DNA of 64,000 nt. Source: Candidatus Oxydemutatoraceae bacterium. Lineage in GTDB: Bacteria > Pseudomonadota > Gammaproteobacteria > Poriferisulfidales > Oxydemutatoraceae. Location of the stretch: NCBI GenBank assembly GCA_965218975.1, contig OZ244717.1:1472001-1536000 (forward strand). The letters are read 5' to 3'. Position 1 is the stretch's first letter, and every line of letters starts with the position of its first letter. Positions 23,453 to 32,845 of this stretch are shown here, piece after piece. The notes under the pieces were generated by a model that saw nothing but the letters and a program-made list of their open reading frames with translations, was not told the origin of the DNA and did not search any database. Made by a program: the position numbers and the translations under genes.

Positions 23453-24433
23453 TTATTTCAACAAATTGATTATTGCAGCACGTTCTTCTTGTAGTTCTTT
23501 TTCACTAATTTTTAGCATTTCCTGAGAATAAGTATCTAGTGTTAAGTTAGAGACAGTTTGATAGGCGTTTCGTAACGTTGTGACCGGGTATGAAAAAACA
23601 ATATCGGAATCGATACCATAACTGCCGTCGGACAGGATACCCATACTAGTCCAATCATTTGCACGGGTGCCGTTACGCAAGAGCTTCACATGGTCAATAA
23701 TCGCATTGGCAGCAGATGCTGCCGATGATTTTCCGCGTGCTTCGATTACTTGCACTCCACGTTGTTGAACATGTGGAACGAATATCTCGCTTCGCCAATT
23801 ATCCTCAAGCAATTCAATTACCGGACGGTCGTTAACTCTGCAATGTTGTATGTCAGGAAATTGAGTTGCCGAGTGATTGCCCCAAACGGTAAGCTGACGT
23901 ACTGCATTAGTACTACACTTTAAATGCTTTGCCAGTATCGATATTGCGCGATTATGATCAAGGCGCAGTAAGCAAGAAAATGATGTTGGCGGCAAATCTT
24001 TTGCCGCTTTGATTGCAACTAAAGTATTGGTATTGGCTGGGTTTCCAACAATAACGACACGCACATCGCGCGAAGCGCTTTCATTTAAAGCACACCCTTG
24101 ATATTGGAATATTTTGCTATTGATACGTAACAAATCTTTGCGTTCCATTCCTTGGCTACGTGGTTTTGCTCCAATCAGAAGTGCGTAATCAACATCTTGG
24201 AATCCTCGTGCCGGATCTAGGGTATAGCTCATCTTATGCAGATTTTGAAACGCACAGTCTTCCAGCTCCATCATTACTCCTGCAATAGCTTTCTCGGAGC
24301 TTTTTACTTCTACGAAACGAAGTTCAACAGATTGGTTGGGACCAAACATATCCCCCGCGGCAATACGAAATGCCAGAGCATAACCTACATTACCGGCCGA
24401 ACCGGTAATCGCAACTTTAACGGGGTTTTTCAT
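23453..24433 (-). CDS. mdh: Malate dehydrogenase (type 2)
   Basis: VAITGSAGNVG, MELEDCAF, VGNPANTN, RLDHNRA, WGNHS. Confidence 0.95.
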   Translation of the reverse strand: MKNPVKVAITGSAGNVGYALAFRIAAGDMFGPNQSVELRFVEVKSSEKAIAGVMMELEDCAFQNLHKMSYTLDPARGFQDVDYALLIGAKPRSQGMERKDLLRINSKIFQYQGCALNESASRDVRVVIVGNPANTNTLVAIKAAKDLPPTSFSCLLRLDHNRAISILAKHLKCSTNAVRQLTVWGNHSATQFPDIQHCRVNDRPVIELLEDNWRSEIFVPHVQQRGVQVIEARGKSSAASAANAIIDHVKLLRNGTRANDWTSMGILSDGSYGIDSDIVFSYPVTTLRNAYQTVSNLTLDTYSQEMLKISEKELQEERAAIINLLK

Positions 24434-24459
24434 TATGAGCTTCCTATTATGAGCTTCCT
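24432..24459. repeat. Perfect 14-bp tandem duplication covering the mdh RBS
   Basis: ATTATGAGCTTCCT twice (24432-24445, 24446-24459); the minus strand reads AGGAAGCTCATAAT. Confidence 0.9.
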
Positions 24460-24754
24460 GTTGAAACCGAACTATATAACTTTTGTTACATTAAGTGCCT
24501 TATTGTACTTCCATCAACTGACTTTTAGCATGTCGGAATTTACGGTTTGGATATTACCTTGCCAGTGCAATTGATTAAGTTTGTGCTAGTGGAGTAAATC
24601 AGCGTGACTTGGCTAATACAAAATTAGTTTATCATATTGATAAAACGATTGTACGATGCCACTCTAAATGGGATTTTTGAAGGGCTTCGGAGGAAGCGTT
24701 CGGCAGTAACATTCGGGTCGATGCTTTCTGTCCGTTGCCGGCATGAGGACGGTG

Positions 24755-24808
24755 CAGGGTGAGACGCGCCCGGAAAGCTGAGCATTCGCCAACAAACACA
24801 AAACGGTT
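24755..24808 (+). repeat. Hairpin-rich non-coding element, copy A (short, internally deleted)
   Basis: CAGGGTGAGACGCGCCCGGAAA joined to GCTGAGCATTCGCCAACAAACACAAAACGGTT. Confidence 0.8.
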
Positions 24809-25012
24809 CCATAACCGATCATTGAATGCTTCCATATCGGTAAATAGCAGGTTTTCCGCATGATCGATACAATCCTCCTGGACGGTACGGTTGAAGCGCT
24901 TGATGTGCGCATTCATTTTTGGACACTTGGGATAGGTCAGCCACTGCTCAATCACAGGTGATTCCCGGATGAGCCGGGCAAACTGTCCTTGAAACTCACT
25001 ACCGCCGTCCGT

Positions 25013-25198
25013 CAGGGTGAGACGCGCCCGGAAAACCGACTGGTTTTCAGCGGCGAACGACCCGACAAGGATGTCGGGGCTGGCGCTCATTGACAAAACC
25101 AAGTCTCGTCATGGACGACAGGCACTTTGCCGACAATCCGGCAGCAAACACAAAATGGTTTCATCAGCTCAAAGACTTTACTGCTGCCGAAATTCTGC
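25013..25198 (+). repeat. Hairpin-rich non-coding element (MITE-like), copy B
   Basis: Starts CAGGGTGAGACGCGCCCGG; hairpins at 25031-48, 25061-78, 25106-18 and 25128-43; homologous to copies A, C and D. Confidence 0.85.
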
Positions 25199-25502
25199 TA
25201 GGCGCAGGAATGCGGCTGCGTTGCGGCTGTTACAGCGGTTGGTTGCCACTGCTATTGCCATTCGGGTATAGACATCAATGGCCGTTAAGACGTAGCGGCG
25301 CACTCTGTGCTGATCACGCACAATCGTATCCAGGGCGATGCAATGCCCCGGGTACTGTGCTTTGAAGTGTTTCGGCTTGCGTGCCTTGCAACGGCGCTTA
25401 AACGGTCGTTTTGTTTGTCCTTTGGCATTCAGCCGCTGCGGAATACAGCGCATTTTATCCGGTGCATCCGCGATCAGGCGCGCAATCGTGCGGACGCTCG
25501 GG

Positions 25503-25656
25503 CAGGGTGAGACGCGCCCGGAAAACCGATTTTCAGCGGCGAACGACCCGACAAGGACGTCAAGGCTGGGGTTCATTCGCAGAACCAAGTTTCGTCACGG
25601 ACGGCAGGCACTTTGCCGACAATCTGGCAACAAGCGCAAAACGGTTTCGTGCTGAA
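25503..25656 (+). repeat. Hairpin-rich non-coding element, copy C
   Basis: Same start as copy B, diverged body, truncated after ACGGTTTC. Confidence 0.85.
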
Positions 25657-25984
25657 TCGGTTGCGGCCAGATCCGCTGGCGCCTCTTACGCGGCGCTTTG
25701 CTGCGATCATGTAAGGCGCTGAGGCCAGTGCAGCGATAACGCCGGCGCCAGCGGTACAAAGTACTGCGACCGATCTTGAATGCGTTCGGGAGTTACAACC
25801 CTCCCAAAATGAGGGCATCATATTTCTGTTGAGCCGTTGTGTTCATAATAGTCTTTATTTTTGAAGCAAAATTGGCTATTTTATAGAAACCTTTGATGCG
25901 GTGGCCGATGTGCTGATATTGCATATCGGTCACTTTTTTGAGTCGTGCCGTGAATCCCACATGTATCTGGCACTGTACACATTG

Positions 25985-26005
25985 TGTACGTGTCCAATAC
26001 ATTTG
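25985..26005 (+). mobile_element. Isolated IS481-type terminal repeat (subfamily B)
   Basis: TGTACGTGTCCAATACATTTG; near-identical to 34587-34605 and similar to the reverse complement of the end at 35949. Confidence 0.65.
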
Positions 26006-26222
26006 ATGGTTAAACTCACCGATATCTTCAAGCGATGCTTTTTTCCAAGAAGAGGAGATAAATTCTTCCATAAAAAATTCAGAACGTATTGACATCGCGC
26101 ATGGCATCTTAATCTCTTGAATATGGTATATTATTAGCATTTTAAAAATTGAAGTCGGGAAGTTTAGCTAGTTAATATACAAATAGTTTATTCCCGCATT
26201 TTAATACGGTTATTCAAAAGCA

Positions 26223-27266
26223 ATGTCTGATTTTGGACATTTAATGGTTTCAATCGCGTCACTGAGTCTCAGCCAGAGCGAGAAAAAGCGGCTACGCAAT
26301 CCCGCAGTCGGCGGTGTCATATTGTTTGTACGTAATTACAAAGATAAGATGCAGCTAGCTCAATTAATTTCTGAGATAAAAAGTATTAATGAGACATTGA
26401 TTATTGCAGTTGATCATGAAGGAGGAATAGTTCAGCGCTTAAAAAATTGGGAATTTACATATATACCCGCAGCTGAAAAATATGGCCTTTACTACGATGA
26501 TGCTTCCAATGAAGCTTGCCAGCTCGCCGAAGCAACGGGTGTGCTGGCAGGTAGTGAATTAAAATCGGTTGGTATCGATTGCGGGTTTACTCCGGTTCTT
26601 GATTTAAGTAACTCTAAAAGCAAAGTGATTGGAAGCCGCGCATATCATTCCAATACGGAAGCGGTGGCAATGATCGCCGGTTCTTTTATACGCGGTCTGC
26701 GCCGTAGCGGAATTATAAGTGTCGGTAAACATTATCCCGGGCATGGTTCGGTAGAGGGTGATACACATACTGATTGTGTTATTGACCCGCGGCCTATTTC
26801 AGAAATTTATGCTTCGGATATCTTACCGTATCGCCGATTGATTCAGCAGGATTTGCTCGATGCGATAATGATGGCTCATGTAATTTATCCGGCATTTGAT
26901 TCTGTTCCGGCAAGTCTTTCAGCAAAATGGATGAAGCAAAGTTTGCGCGAAGATTTAAAATTTAACGGTACTATATTTAGCGATGATGTGAGTATGGCCG
27001 GTATTGGCGAATCATCATTGTCAGCATGTAAGATGCTTGAGGCAGGTTGCGATATGATTATTGTTTGCCATAATGAATCACTAATTGAAAAACTAATTCA
27101 AGAGATGGCTAACTATCCACTCAAACAACACCGTAGAAAATTTCAAGAACGTTGGTTAACAAGGCAGAGCAACATAGCGCAAATTAAAACCGGTCAAAGC
27201 GAGAGTCCTGATAAGCTTATTCAAACGAAAAGGAAATTATCTCAATTAGATCAAAGGTATAGCTAG
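26223..27266 (+). CDS. nagZ: Beta-N-acetylhexosaminidase
   Basis: GGVILF.RN, DHEGG.VQR, KHYPGHG...DTH, SDD.SM. Confidence 0.95.
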   Translation: MSDFGHLMVSIASLSLSQSEKKRLRNPAVGGVILFVRNYKDKMQLAQLISEIKSINETLIIAVDHEGGIVQRLKNWEFTYIPAAEKYGLYYDDASNEACQLAEATGVLAGSELKSVGIDCGFTPVLDLSNSKSKVIGSRAYHSNTEAVAMIAGSFIRGLRRSGIISVGKHYPGHGSVEGDTHTDCVIDPRPISEIYASDILPYRRLIQQDLLDAIMMAHVIYPAFDSVPASLSAKWMKQSLREDLKFNGTIFSDDVSMAGIGESSLSACKMLEAGCDMIIVCHNESLIEKLIQEMANYPLKQHRRKFQERWLTRQSNIAQIKTGQSESPDKLIQTKRKLSQLDQRYS

Positions 27267-27275
27267 ATTCGTTAA

Positions 27276-28379
27276 ATGTTTCAATCAATACTTAACTTTT
27301 TCACCGCACCGCTATCCGATTCTGCTTGGTGGTTATGGCTCAAGCTCTTTGCCCTGGTTTTAACTATCATTATTGCTGGCGTTATCGTTAAATTTCTTGT
27401 AACAAAGCTTGTTAAACTTAGTGAACGTAGCGATACGCGCTGGGATAATACCTTTTTAATCAGCATTTACCAACCGTTGACCGTACTTATTTGGGTAGTT
27501 GGCATCACTTATGCGGCGGAATTCACTTGGCAAGATTTAACTGCCACTGTTGAGAATGTAATTCCGATTATTCGTAAGCTTGGATTTATTTTCTGTATAG
27601 CATGGTTTGCATTGCGCTTTTTGCGTAACAGCGAAGCGGTAATCATAGAAAAGTACGCAAACAAACCTGACAAAGCGGGGCTAGATGAATTTGGAATTCG
27701 TGCCGTTAATAAAATTTTCCGTATCTCCATAGTTATTACAACTATATTGATTGCATTTAGTACAATGGGGTATAGCATTTCCGGGATTCTTGCATTTGGC
27801 GGAATCGGAGGTATTGCAATCGGTTTTGCCGCTAAGGACTTGTTATCTAATTTTTTTGGCGGCCTGATGATTTACCTTGATCGTCCATTTATGGAAGGTG
27901 ACTGGATTCGGTCACCCGACCGAGAAATTGAAGGCATTGTTGAATATATCGGTTGGCGACAAACGCGGATTCGTACATTTGAACGTAGACCGATTTACGT
28001 TCCCAATTCAATTTTTGCCCAGATCACCGTAGAGAATCCTTCGCGCATGGAAAACCGAAGGTTTCGTGAGACGATAGGCGTACGCTATGATGATCTTACA
28101 AAGGTCAAGCTTATCGTTGAAGAAATCAAACAAATGTTGATCGATCATCACCGGATTGACGATGAAAAATTGCTAATCGTCAGTCTTGATAAGTTTGATG
28201 CTTCTAGTGTCAATATTTTGGTATATACGTACACTAAAGAAACCCAGGGCACTCACTTTTATAACCTAAAGCAGGGAATCCTATTAAATATTGCAGAAAT
28301 TATCGAGCGCCATGGAGCTGAAATTGCTTTTCCGACAACAACTTTACACATTGCATCACAAGTTACAGATCAGCAATAG
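27276..28379 (+). CDS. Small-conductance mechanosensitive channel (MscS/YnaI-like)
   Basis: GGIGGIAIGFAAKD..NFFGG, GDWI, EG.VE.IGWR.T, IAFPT. Confidence 0.92.
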   Translation: MFQSILNFFTAPLSDSAWWLWLKLFALVLTIIIAGVIVKFLVTKLVKLSERSDTRWDNTFLISIYQPLTVLIWVVGITYAAEFTWQDLTATVENVIPIIRKLGFIFCIAWFALRFLRNSEAVIIEKYANKPDKAGLDEFGIRAVNKIFRISIVITTILIAFSTMGYSISGILAFGGIGGIAIGFAAKDLLSNFFGGLMIYLDRPFMEGDWIRSPDREIEGIVEYIGWRQTRIRTFERRPIYVPNSIFAQITVENPSRMENRRFRETIGVRYDDLTKVKLIVEEIKQMLIDHHRIDDEKLLIVSLDKFDASSVNILVYTYTKETQGTHFYNLKQGILLNIAEIIERHGAEIAFPTTTLHIASQVTDQQ

Positions 28380-28465
28380 CGTTTATTTGCCAAGAGGGTA
28401 TTGTCTTAGAAAGAATGCGCTGACCTCCTGTTTCTGTGATGTGGGAATTGCCGACGCGGGTTATA

Positions 28466-28519
28466 TTGCAGTATCCGTCAATTGATTATTAGTCACATCT
28501 GCGAATAACCAATATTCAT
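28466..28519 (-). pseudogene. Possible relic 5' end of a serine resolvase
   Basis: With two 1-nt shifts it reads MNIGY-SQM-(S)TNNQLTD-LQ, resembling MxIGYARVSTxDQxxDLQ. Confidence 0.3.
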
Positions 28520-28673
28520 AAAAAAGCCTTGATCATTATTGATAAAAGTTACTTTTAATCTCTTCCATCCCTCTGCCGGAACAGGAAAAAAAACTGCAAT
28601 TTTCTCGCCAAACATCCATACAGAAATATTGAAAATTAAACGATATAATGAAGTGTATCCATAATGGATATAT

Positions 28674-28749
<76 letters not shown>

Positions 28750-28777
28750 ACATAACTTCCTAGGCCATCTAAGGACT

Positions 28778-29395
28778 TGTACGATGCCACCCTAAATGGG
28801 ATTCTTAAAGGGCTTCGGGGGAAGCGTTCGGCAAGCAACATTCGGATCGGTGCTTTCTGTCCATTGCCGGCATGAGGGCGGTGCAGGTTATATCAGGTTA
28901 AATACTCCCATAACCGGTCATTGAATGCTTCCGTATCGGCGAATAGCAGGTCTTCTGTATGATCGATACAATCTTCTTGGTGCGCGTTCATTTTCGGACA
29001 CTTGGGATAGGCCAGCCACTGCTCAATCGCGGGTGATTCCCGGATGAGCCGGGCAAACTGTCCTTGAAACTCACTACCGCCGTCCGTCAGGATATATTTT
29101 ACCGGTTGCGGCCAGATCCGCTGGCGCCTCTTACGCGGCGCTTTGCTGCGATCATGCAAGGCGCTGAGGCCAGTGTACTGCGACCGACCTTGAATGCGTT
29201 CGGGAGTTACAACCCTCCCAAAATAATAGGGCATCATATTTCTGTTGAGCCATTGTGTTCATAATAGCCTCTATTTTTGAAGCAAAATTGGCTATTTTAT
29301 AGAAACCTTTGATGCGGTGGCCGATGTGCTGATATTGCATATCGGTTACCTTTTTGAGTCGTGCCGTGAATCCCACATGTATCTGGCGCTGTAGC
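28778..29395 (-). mobile_element. IS481-family subfamily A, copy 2; internally deleted (about 620 bp)
   Basis: Same TGTACGATGCCA end and a degenerate other end; collinear with copy 1 but IWPQPV is fused directly to KYILTDGGSEF. Confidence 0.88.
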
Positions 29396-29763
29396 TTTGG
29401 GAGTAAAGAACAGCTTAAAACCTGAATCTCTACCAGAGAATGCTGATAGTTCGTTTCGCATGTCTGAGTTGGATCCAGATAAGGCAGCAAATTTACAGGT
29501 GCCAGGTGAATCCATACCAGAGGTTGATGACTTGGATGTTGAGTCAGAGGTTAATGAGGGTCGGCGATAGAATTGAAACGACTGATTCTTTTATTCAAAT
29601 TTTGGAGGAAGAGGGTAAGCCTATGAGTGCCCAAGAATTAAAACACCGCTTATCTGAAATCAAGGGAGTTTCAGAAAACATGCAGATACACGGAAATGAA
29701 CGTTTGATCGCAGTTGGCCCAAACTTATGGGGGCTAAGTGATTGGGGGCTATTCCTAGAATGA
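29396..29763 (+). pseudogene. 3' fragment of island cargo gene with a winged-HTH-like C-terminus
   Basis: No 5' end (cut by the IS) and a frame break; ends ILEEEGKPMSAQEL...GPNLWGLSDW. Confidence 0.5.
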
Positions 29764-30000
29764 TTGTTTTATTGCATCAATACCTAAGCTTGTTCTGAAT
29801 CGGTTAGAGGAGGTTTAGCTGGGAACACAGTAAAATGATGAATCAAAGCTAGTTGTCAAAAGCTGGTTGACATGCAATGTACGGAGCAACTCAACTGATA
29901 TAGTTATGAATAGTTTTCGGTAGTGCCTAGCTCCCCCAATCCTTAAATTATGATTAATGATTGTGAGAGGGCAGAAGCGATCGGTTTTAGAAAAGAAGAC

Positions 30001-30777
30001 TTATAAAGTCTGCGATGGTTCTTTCATGGGAGTCATTGAACGGGTATCGTCGTTACGCACGATCGGAAAAAATAGTCCGGAATCTTCATCAAATAAATGC
30101 AGGTTCAACGTATCATTTTCCTCAACACTGCTTGTTAGATAGGCCAATCCGTACATTTCTCCATTTAAATAGTTACAAGACGACAAAAATAAATGAATCC
30201 GATAGGCATTCACTTTAGAGTTAACCGGTTGAATGCGACCCTCATAGGCACAACCGGTCGTATCTGCGCCCTGTACCGTACCGGAGCGATCAATGTCAAA
30301 TTTTATGATAGTGAAACCATGGTATAGAATCCAACTACCTCTCACCAAATCAAACGTTGCCGGCTTTTCATAGATTTCTTTCTGATAACTTAATTTAAGA
30401 TTACCCTCATCACTGGCTTCCAATGTTTCAAACCGTGCCTCTATCTCGGAATGGCTTTTGAATATTCCGCTTAGATCAACCTCGTCAAACTTGCTTTTGT
30501 TTTTTATATACATTACTAAGTTTGACTGATAAACTTCTTGCTTATTTGAAACGCTTCCATGGTACACTACGTTAGCATCTTGACTGATAGCTACCGCTTT
30601 GCCGTCTATGTATAAGGCAGTAAAGTCAAAATTTCCACGACCGTTGATGTCAAAACTTCCCGACCAAATACCATTCACTGTATAAGAGGGAGGAGTTTTA
30701 ACGGCAAATACTATAGCGGTAACTATCACCACCAATATCAGCGAGATAAGAATACCGACTAGAATTTTTTTGTTCAA
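30001..30777 (-). CDS. Hypothetical membrane-anchored, beta-rich protein
   Basis: 258-aa ORF with one N-terminal TM helix; no family recognised. Confidence 0.75.
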   Translation of the reverse strand: MNKKILVGILISLILVVIVTAIVFAVKTPPSYTVNGIWSGSFDINGRGNFDFTALYIDGKAVAISQDANVVYHGSVSNKQEVYQSNLVMYIKNKSKFDEVDLSGIFKSHSEIEARFETLEASDEGNLKLSYQKEIYEKPATFDLVRGSWILYHGFTIIKFDIDRSGTVQGADTTGCAYEGRIQPVNSKVNAYRIHLFLSSCNYLNGEMYGLAYLTSSVEENDTLNLHLFDEDSGLFFPIVRNDDTRSMTPMKEPSQTL

Positions 30778-30883
30778 TTTTTTTAAGTTTGCTTTAAGGT
30801 GTTTAATTATAAAGGAGAATATTATAATGAGGTCAGTGTTATAAATTCAAAGAAATATAATTTAAAATACACCACTAAACTAA

Positions 30884-32089
30884 ATGCTTGATCACATAAA
30901 TCGCAAGTTTGAATTTTACCAGCTGTTATTACAAGTACTGTTTGTGGGCATGACAGTAGGATTATTCCGGACAGTCATTCCTGCACTTGCTGAAAGCGAG
31001 TTTAACGTTCCTGCCGATTCATTTCTACTGCTTGGAACATTTGTGATTGTATTCGGCATCATAAAAGCCGCCTTAAATTTCGTTGCCGGAAGATTATCGG
31101 ATACATTGGGACGACGAAAGATTCTGCTAAGTGGCTGGATCATCGCTCTCCCGATTCCATATTTGTTGGCGTATGCTTCCAATTGGTCTTGGGTCCTCGT
31201 GGCAACAGTCCTGTTGGGAGTCAATCAGGGGTTATGCTGGTCAATGTCGCAAACAATGAAACTTGATTTATCGGTACCAGGGCGCTATGGCATTGCGGTT
31301 GGACTCAATGAAACTTTCGGTTATTGCGGCGTGGCTTTGACCGGATATCTCAGTACCGTCTTAACCAGCGAGTTTGGCCTACGCACAACGATGCTGTCGC
31401 TTGGTTTCGGAACGATTGGTTTGGCGCTATTGCTTAGCGCACTATTTTGCAATGAGACTCGACCGCTTAACACCTTAAATAGAAAAAAACCTAAGCTTGG
31501 TTTGCGGCTTTTTTGTGAAATTAGTTGGAATAACCGTGCGACAATGGCATTATGCCTTGCCGGTTTGGTTGAGAAATTCGTCGATACTTTGATTTGGCTC
31601 ATATATCCGGTATTCCTTTACCAAAACAATATTTCCTTACCTATGATTGGCGTTATTACAGGCGTCTATGGTTTAGTTTGGGGAGTGATGCAGTTGTTGA
31701 CCGGGACTTATTCGGACCGCATTGGTCGCAAGCGATTAATTATTGGTGGAATGCTGCTATGCGCCGTGGGATGTATGGTTACGTTATGGAATTCAAACAC
31801 TATTTGGTGGATTGCCAATGCAGCATTGATAGGTTTGGGTATGGCAATGCTATACCCAACTTTGAGTGCGGCAATCAATGACCAAGTTTCGGAAATGCAA
31901 CGAGGCACAGTGATGGGAATTTATCGATTCTGGCGTGATTTCGGATATTTTATCGGCGCAATTGCTTTGAGTGGGATCAGCGTACTTGCGCAAGCGCAGG
32001 AAGCAGCTTTTTATCTGACTAGCGTGTGTATGTTTGCCAGCGCGTTGTTATTAGTATTTTTAACTCCGGAAACAAGTGCCGAAAAATAA
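30884..32089 (+). CDS. MFS transporter
   Basis: GRLSDTLGRR and GTYSDRIGRK motif A; about 12 TM. Confidence 0.92.
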   Translation: MLDHINRKFEFYQLLLQVLFVGMTVGLFRTVIPALAESEFNVPADSFLLLGTFVIVFGIIKAALNFVAGRLSDTLGRRKILLSGWIIALPIPYLLAYASNWSWVLVATVLLGVNQGLCWSMSQTMKLDLSVPGRYGIAVGLNETFGYCGVALTGYLSTVLTSEFGLRTTMLSLGFGTIGLALLLSALFCNETRPLNTLNRKKPKLGLRLFCEISWNNRATMALCLAGLVEKFVDTLIWLIYPVFLYQNNISLPMIGVITGVYGLVWGVMQLLTGTYSDRIGRKRLIIGGMLLCAVGCMVTLWNSNTIWWIANAALIGLGMAMLYPTLSAAINDQVSEMQRGTVMGIYRFWRDFGYFIGAIALSGISVLAQAQEAAFYLTSVCMFASALLLVFLTPETSAEK

Positions 32090-32092
32090 AGC

Positions 32093-32557
32093 ATGATCAG
32101 CGCGGCGCATCAATTGACTCGGTGCTTATTTCTGTCGGCAGTTGTTGTGCTTATTGGTGGATGTAGCGAACGAGAGATTGTAAGCACTGCTACGATTGGT
32201 GATCGCCAATTTATTATTGAGACAGTTTGTAGTGAGATGGTGCGAGCGCAAGGTTTGTCAAAAAGAACTTCACTACCGGAAGGCAAAGGGATGCTATTCA
32301 TTTTTAATTCCATTGATTATCATGGAATTTGGATGAGAGATATGAGCTTCCCAATTGATATTATGTGGATTAATGAACTTAGATCTATTGTTCACATTGA
32401 AGAAAAGGTGTTACCAGACACTTACCCAAAGATTTTCAAGCCGCCAACACCGGCATTGTATGTCCTGGAAGTTCCGGCAGGTACAAGTGCCGGAATTAGT
32501 TTAGGCACTATGGTAGATTTAAAAAATATTTCACCCGCACAAGTGCCATGCCGTTGA
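32093..32557 (+). CDS. DUF192 family protein (possible lipoprotein)
   Basis: GL..R....GMLF.F, WMRDM.FPIDI, YVLEVPAG; lipobox-like IGGC. Confidence 0.88.
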   Translation: MISAAHQLTRCLFLSAVVVLIGGCSEREIVSTATIGDRQFIIETVCSEMVRAQGLSKRTSLPEGKGMLFIFNSIDYHGIWMRDMSFPIDIMWINELRSIVHIEEKVLPDTYPKIFKPPTPALYVLEVPAGTSAGISLGTMVDLKNISPAQVPCR

Positions 32558-32729
32558 TACTTACGGTATTTCAGCTTAAATGCAAAATCACGACTTAATA
32601 AGATAATATAGTTTCCAAGGATAACTGCTTAAATAAGCAAATAAAATAATCGAAACGATAACCTCAACGATATCGATATCATAACGAAGATAGAAGGAGG
32701 CTTGCTTTTAGGAATGTGTAACAGCCGGT

Positions 32730-32758
32730 TTGACGCCATTAAGTAATAAATGGATAAT
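32730..32758 (+). promoter_or_regulatory. Sigma70 promoter of tRNA-Glu
   Basis: TTGACG-N17-GATAAT followed by a GC-rich discriminator GCGCCG. Confidence 0.75.
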
Positions 32759-32770
32759 GCGCCGTTTCCC

Positions 32771-32843
32771 GTCCCCATCGTCTAGAGGCCTAGGACATCG
32801 CCCTTTCACGGCGGCAACGGGGGTTCGAATCCCCCTGGGGACG
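32771..32843 (+). tRNA. tRNA-Glu(TTC), CCA not encoded
   Basis: GTCCCCATCGTCTAGAGGCCTAGGAC...CTTTCAC...GGTTCGAATCCCCCTGGGGACG. Confidence 0.96.
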
Positions 32844-32845
32844 CA

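Larger units (their letters stand above)
24650..25979 (-). mobile_element. Degenerate IS481-family element, subfamily A, copy 1; transposase disrupted
   Basis: Ends TGTACGATGCCA and (reverse complement) TGTACAGTGCCA, 10/12 identical with TGT termini. Fragments HTH-like LYRWRRR, GHCIALDT..YVLTAID, LTDGGSEF and NAHIKRFNRT (catalytic E to K). Three insertions interrupt it. Confidence 0.88.

Noticed and set aside
24628-24644. Palindrome TTTATCA-TAT-TGATAAA as a regulator site
   Set aside because: It is a single AT-rich instance that I could not match to a known box.
25013-25198. The hairpin element as a group II intron fragment (GTG.. start, ..AC end)
   Set aside because: No domain V (catalytic triad with GNRA loop) and no RT ORF found on either strand.
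24755-25656. Three recurrences of CAGGGTGAGACGCGCCCGGAAA as a CRISPR array
   Set aside because: Spacing is irregular (about 260 and 490 bp), the homology extends well beyond the repeat, the intervening DNA is collinear transposase, and there are no cas genes.
24624-26140. Many short overlapping ORFs in the track
   Set aside because: They are alternative frames of the IS and element mosaic; differences between copies do not look synonymous-biased in the frames I compared.
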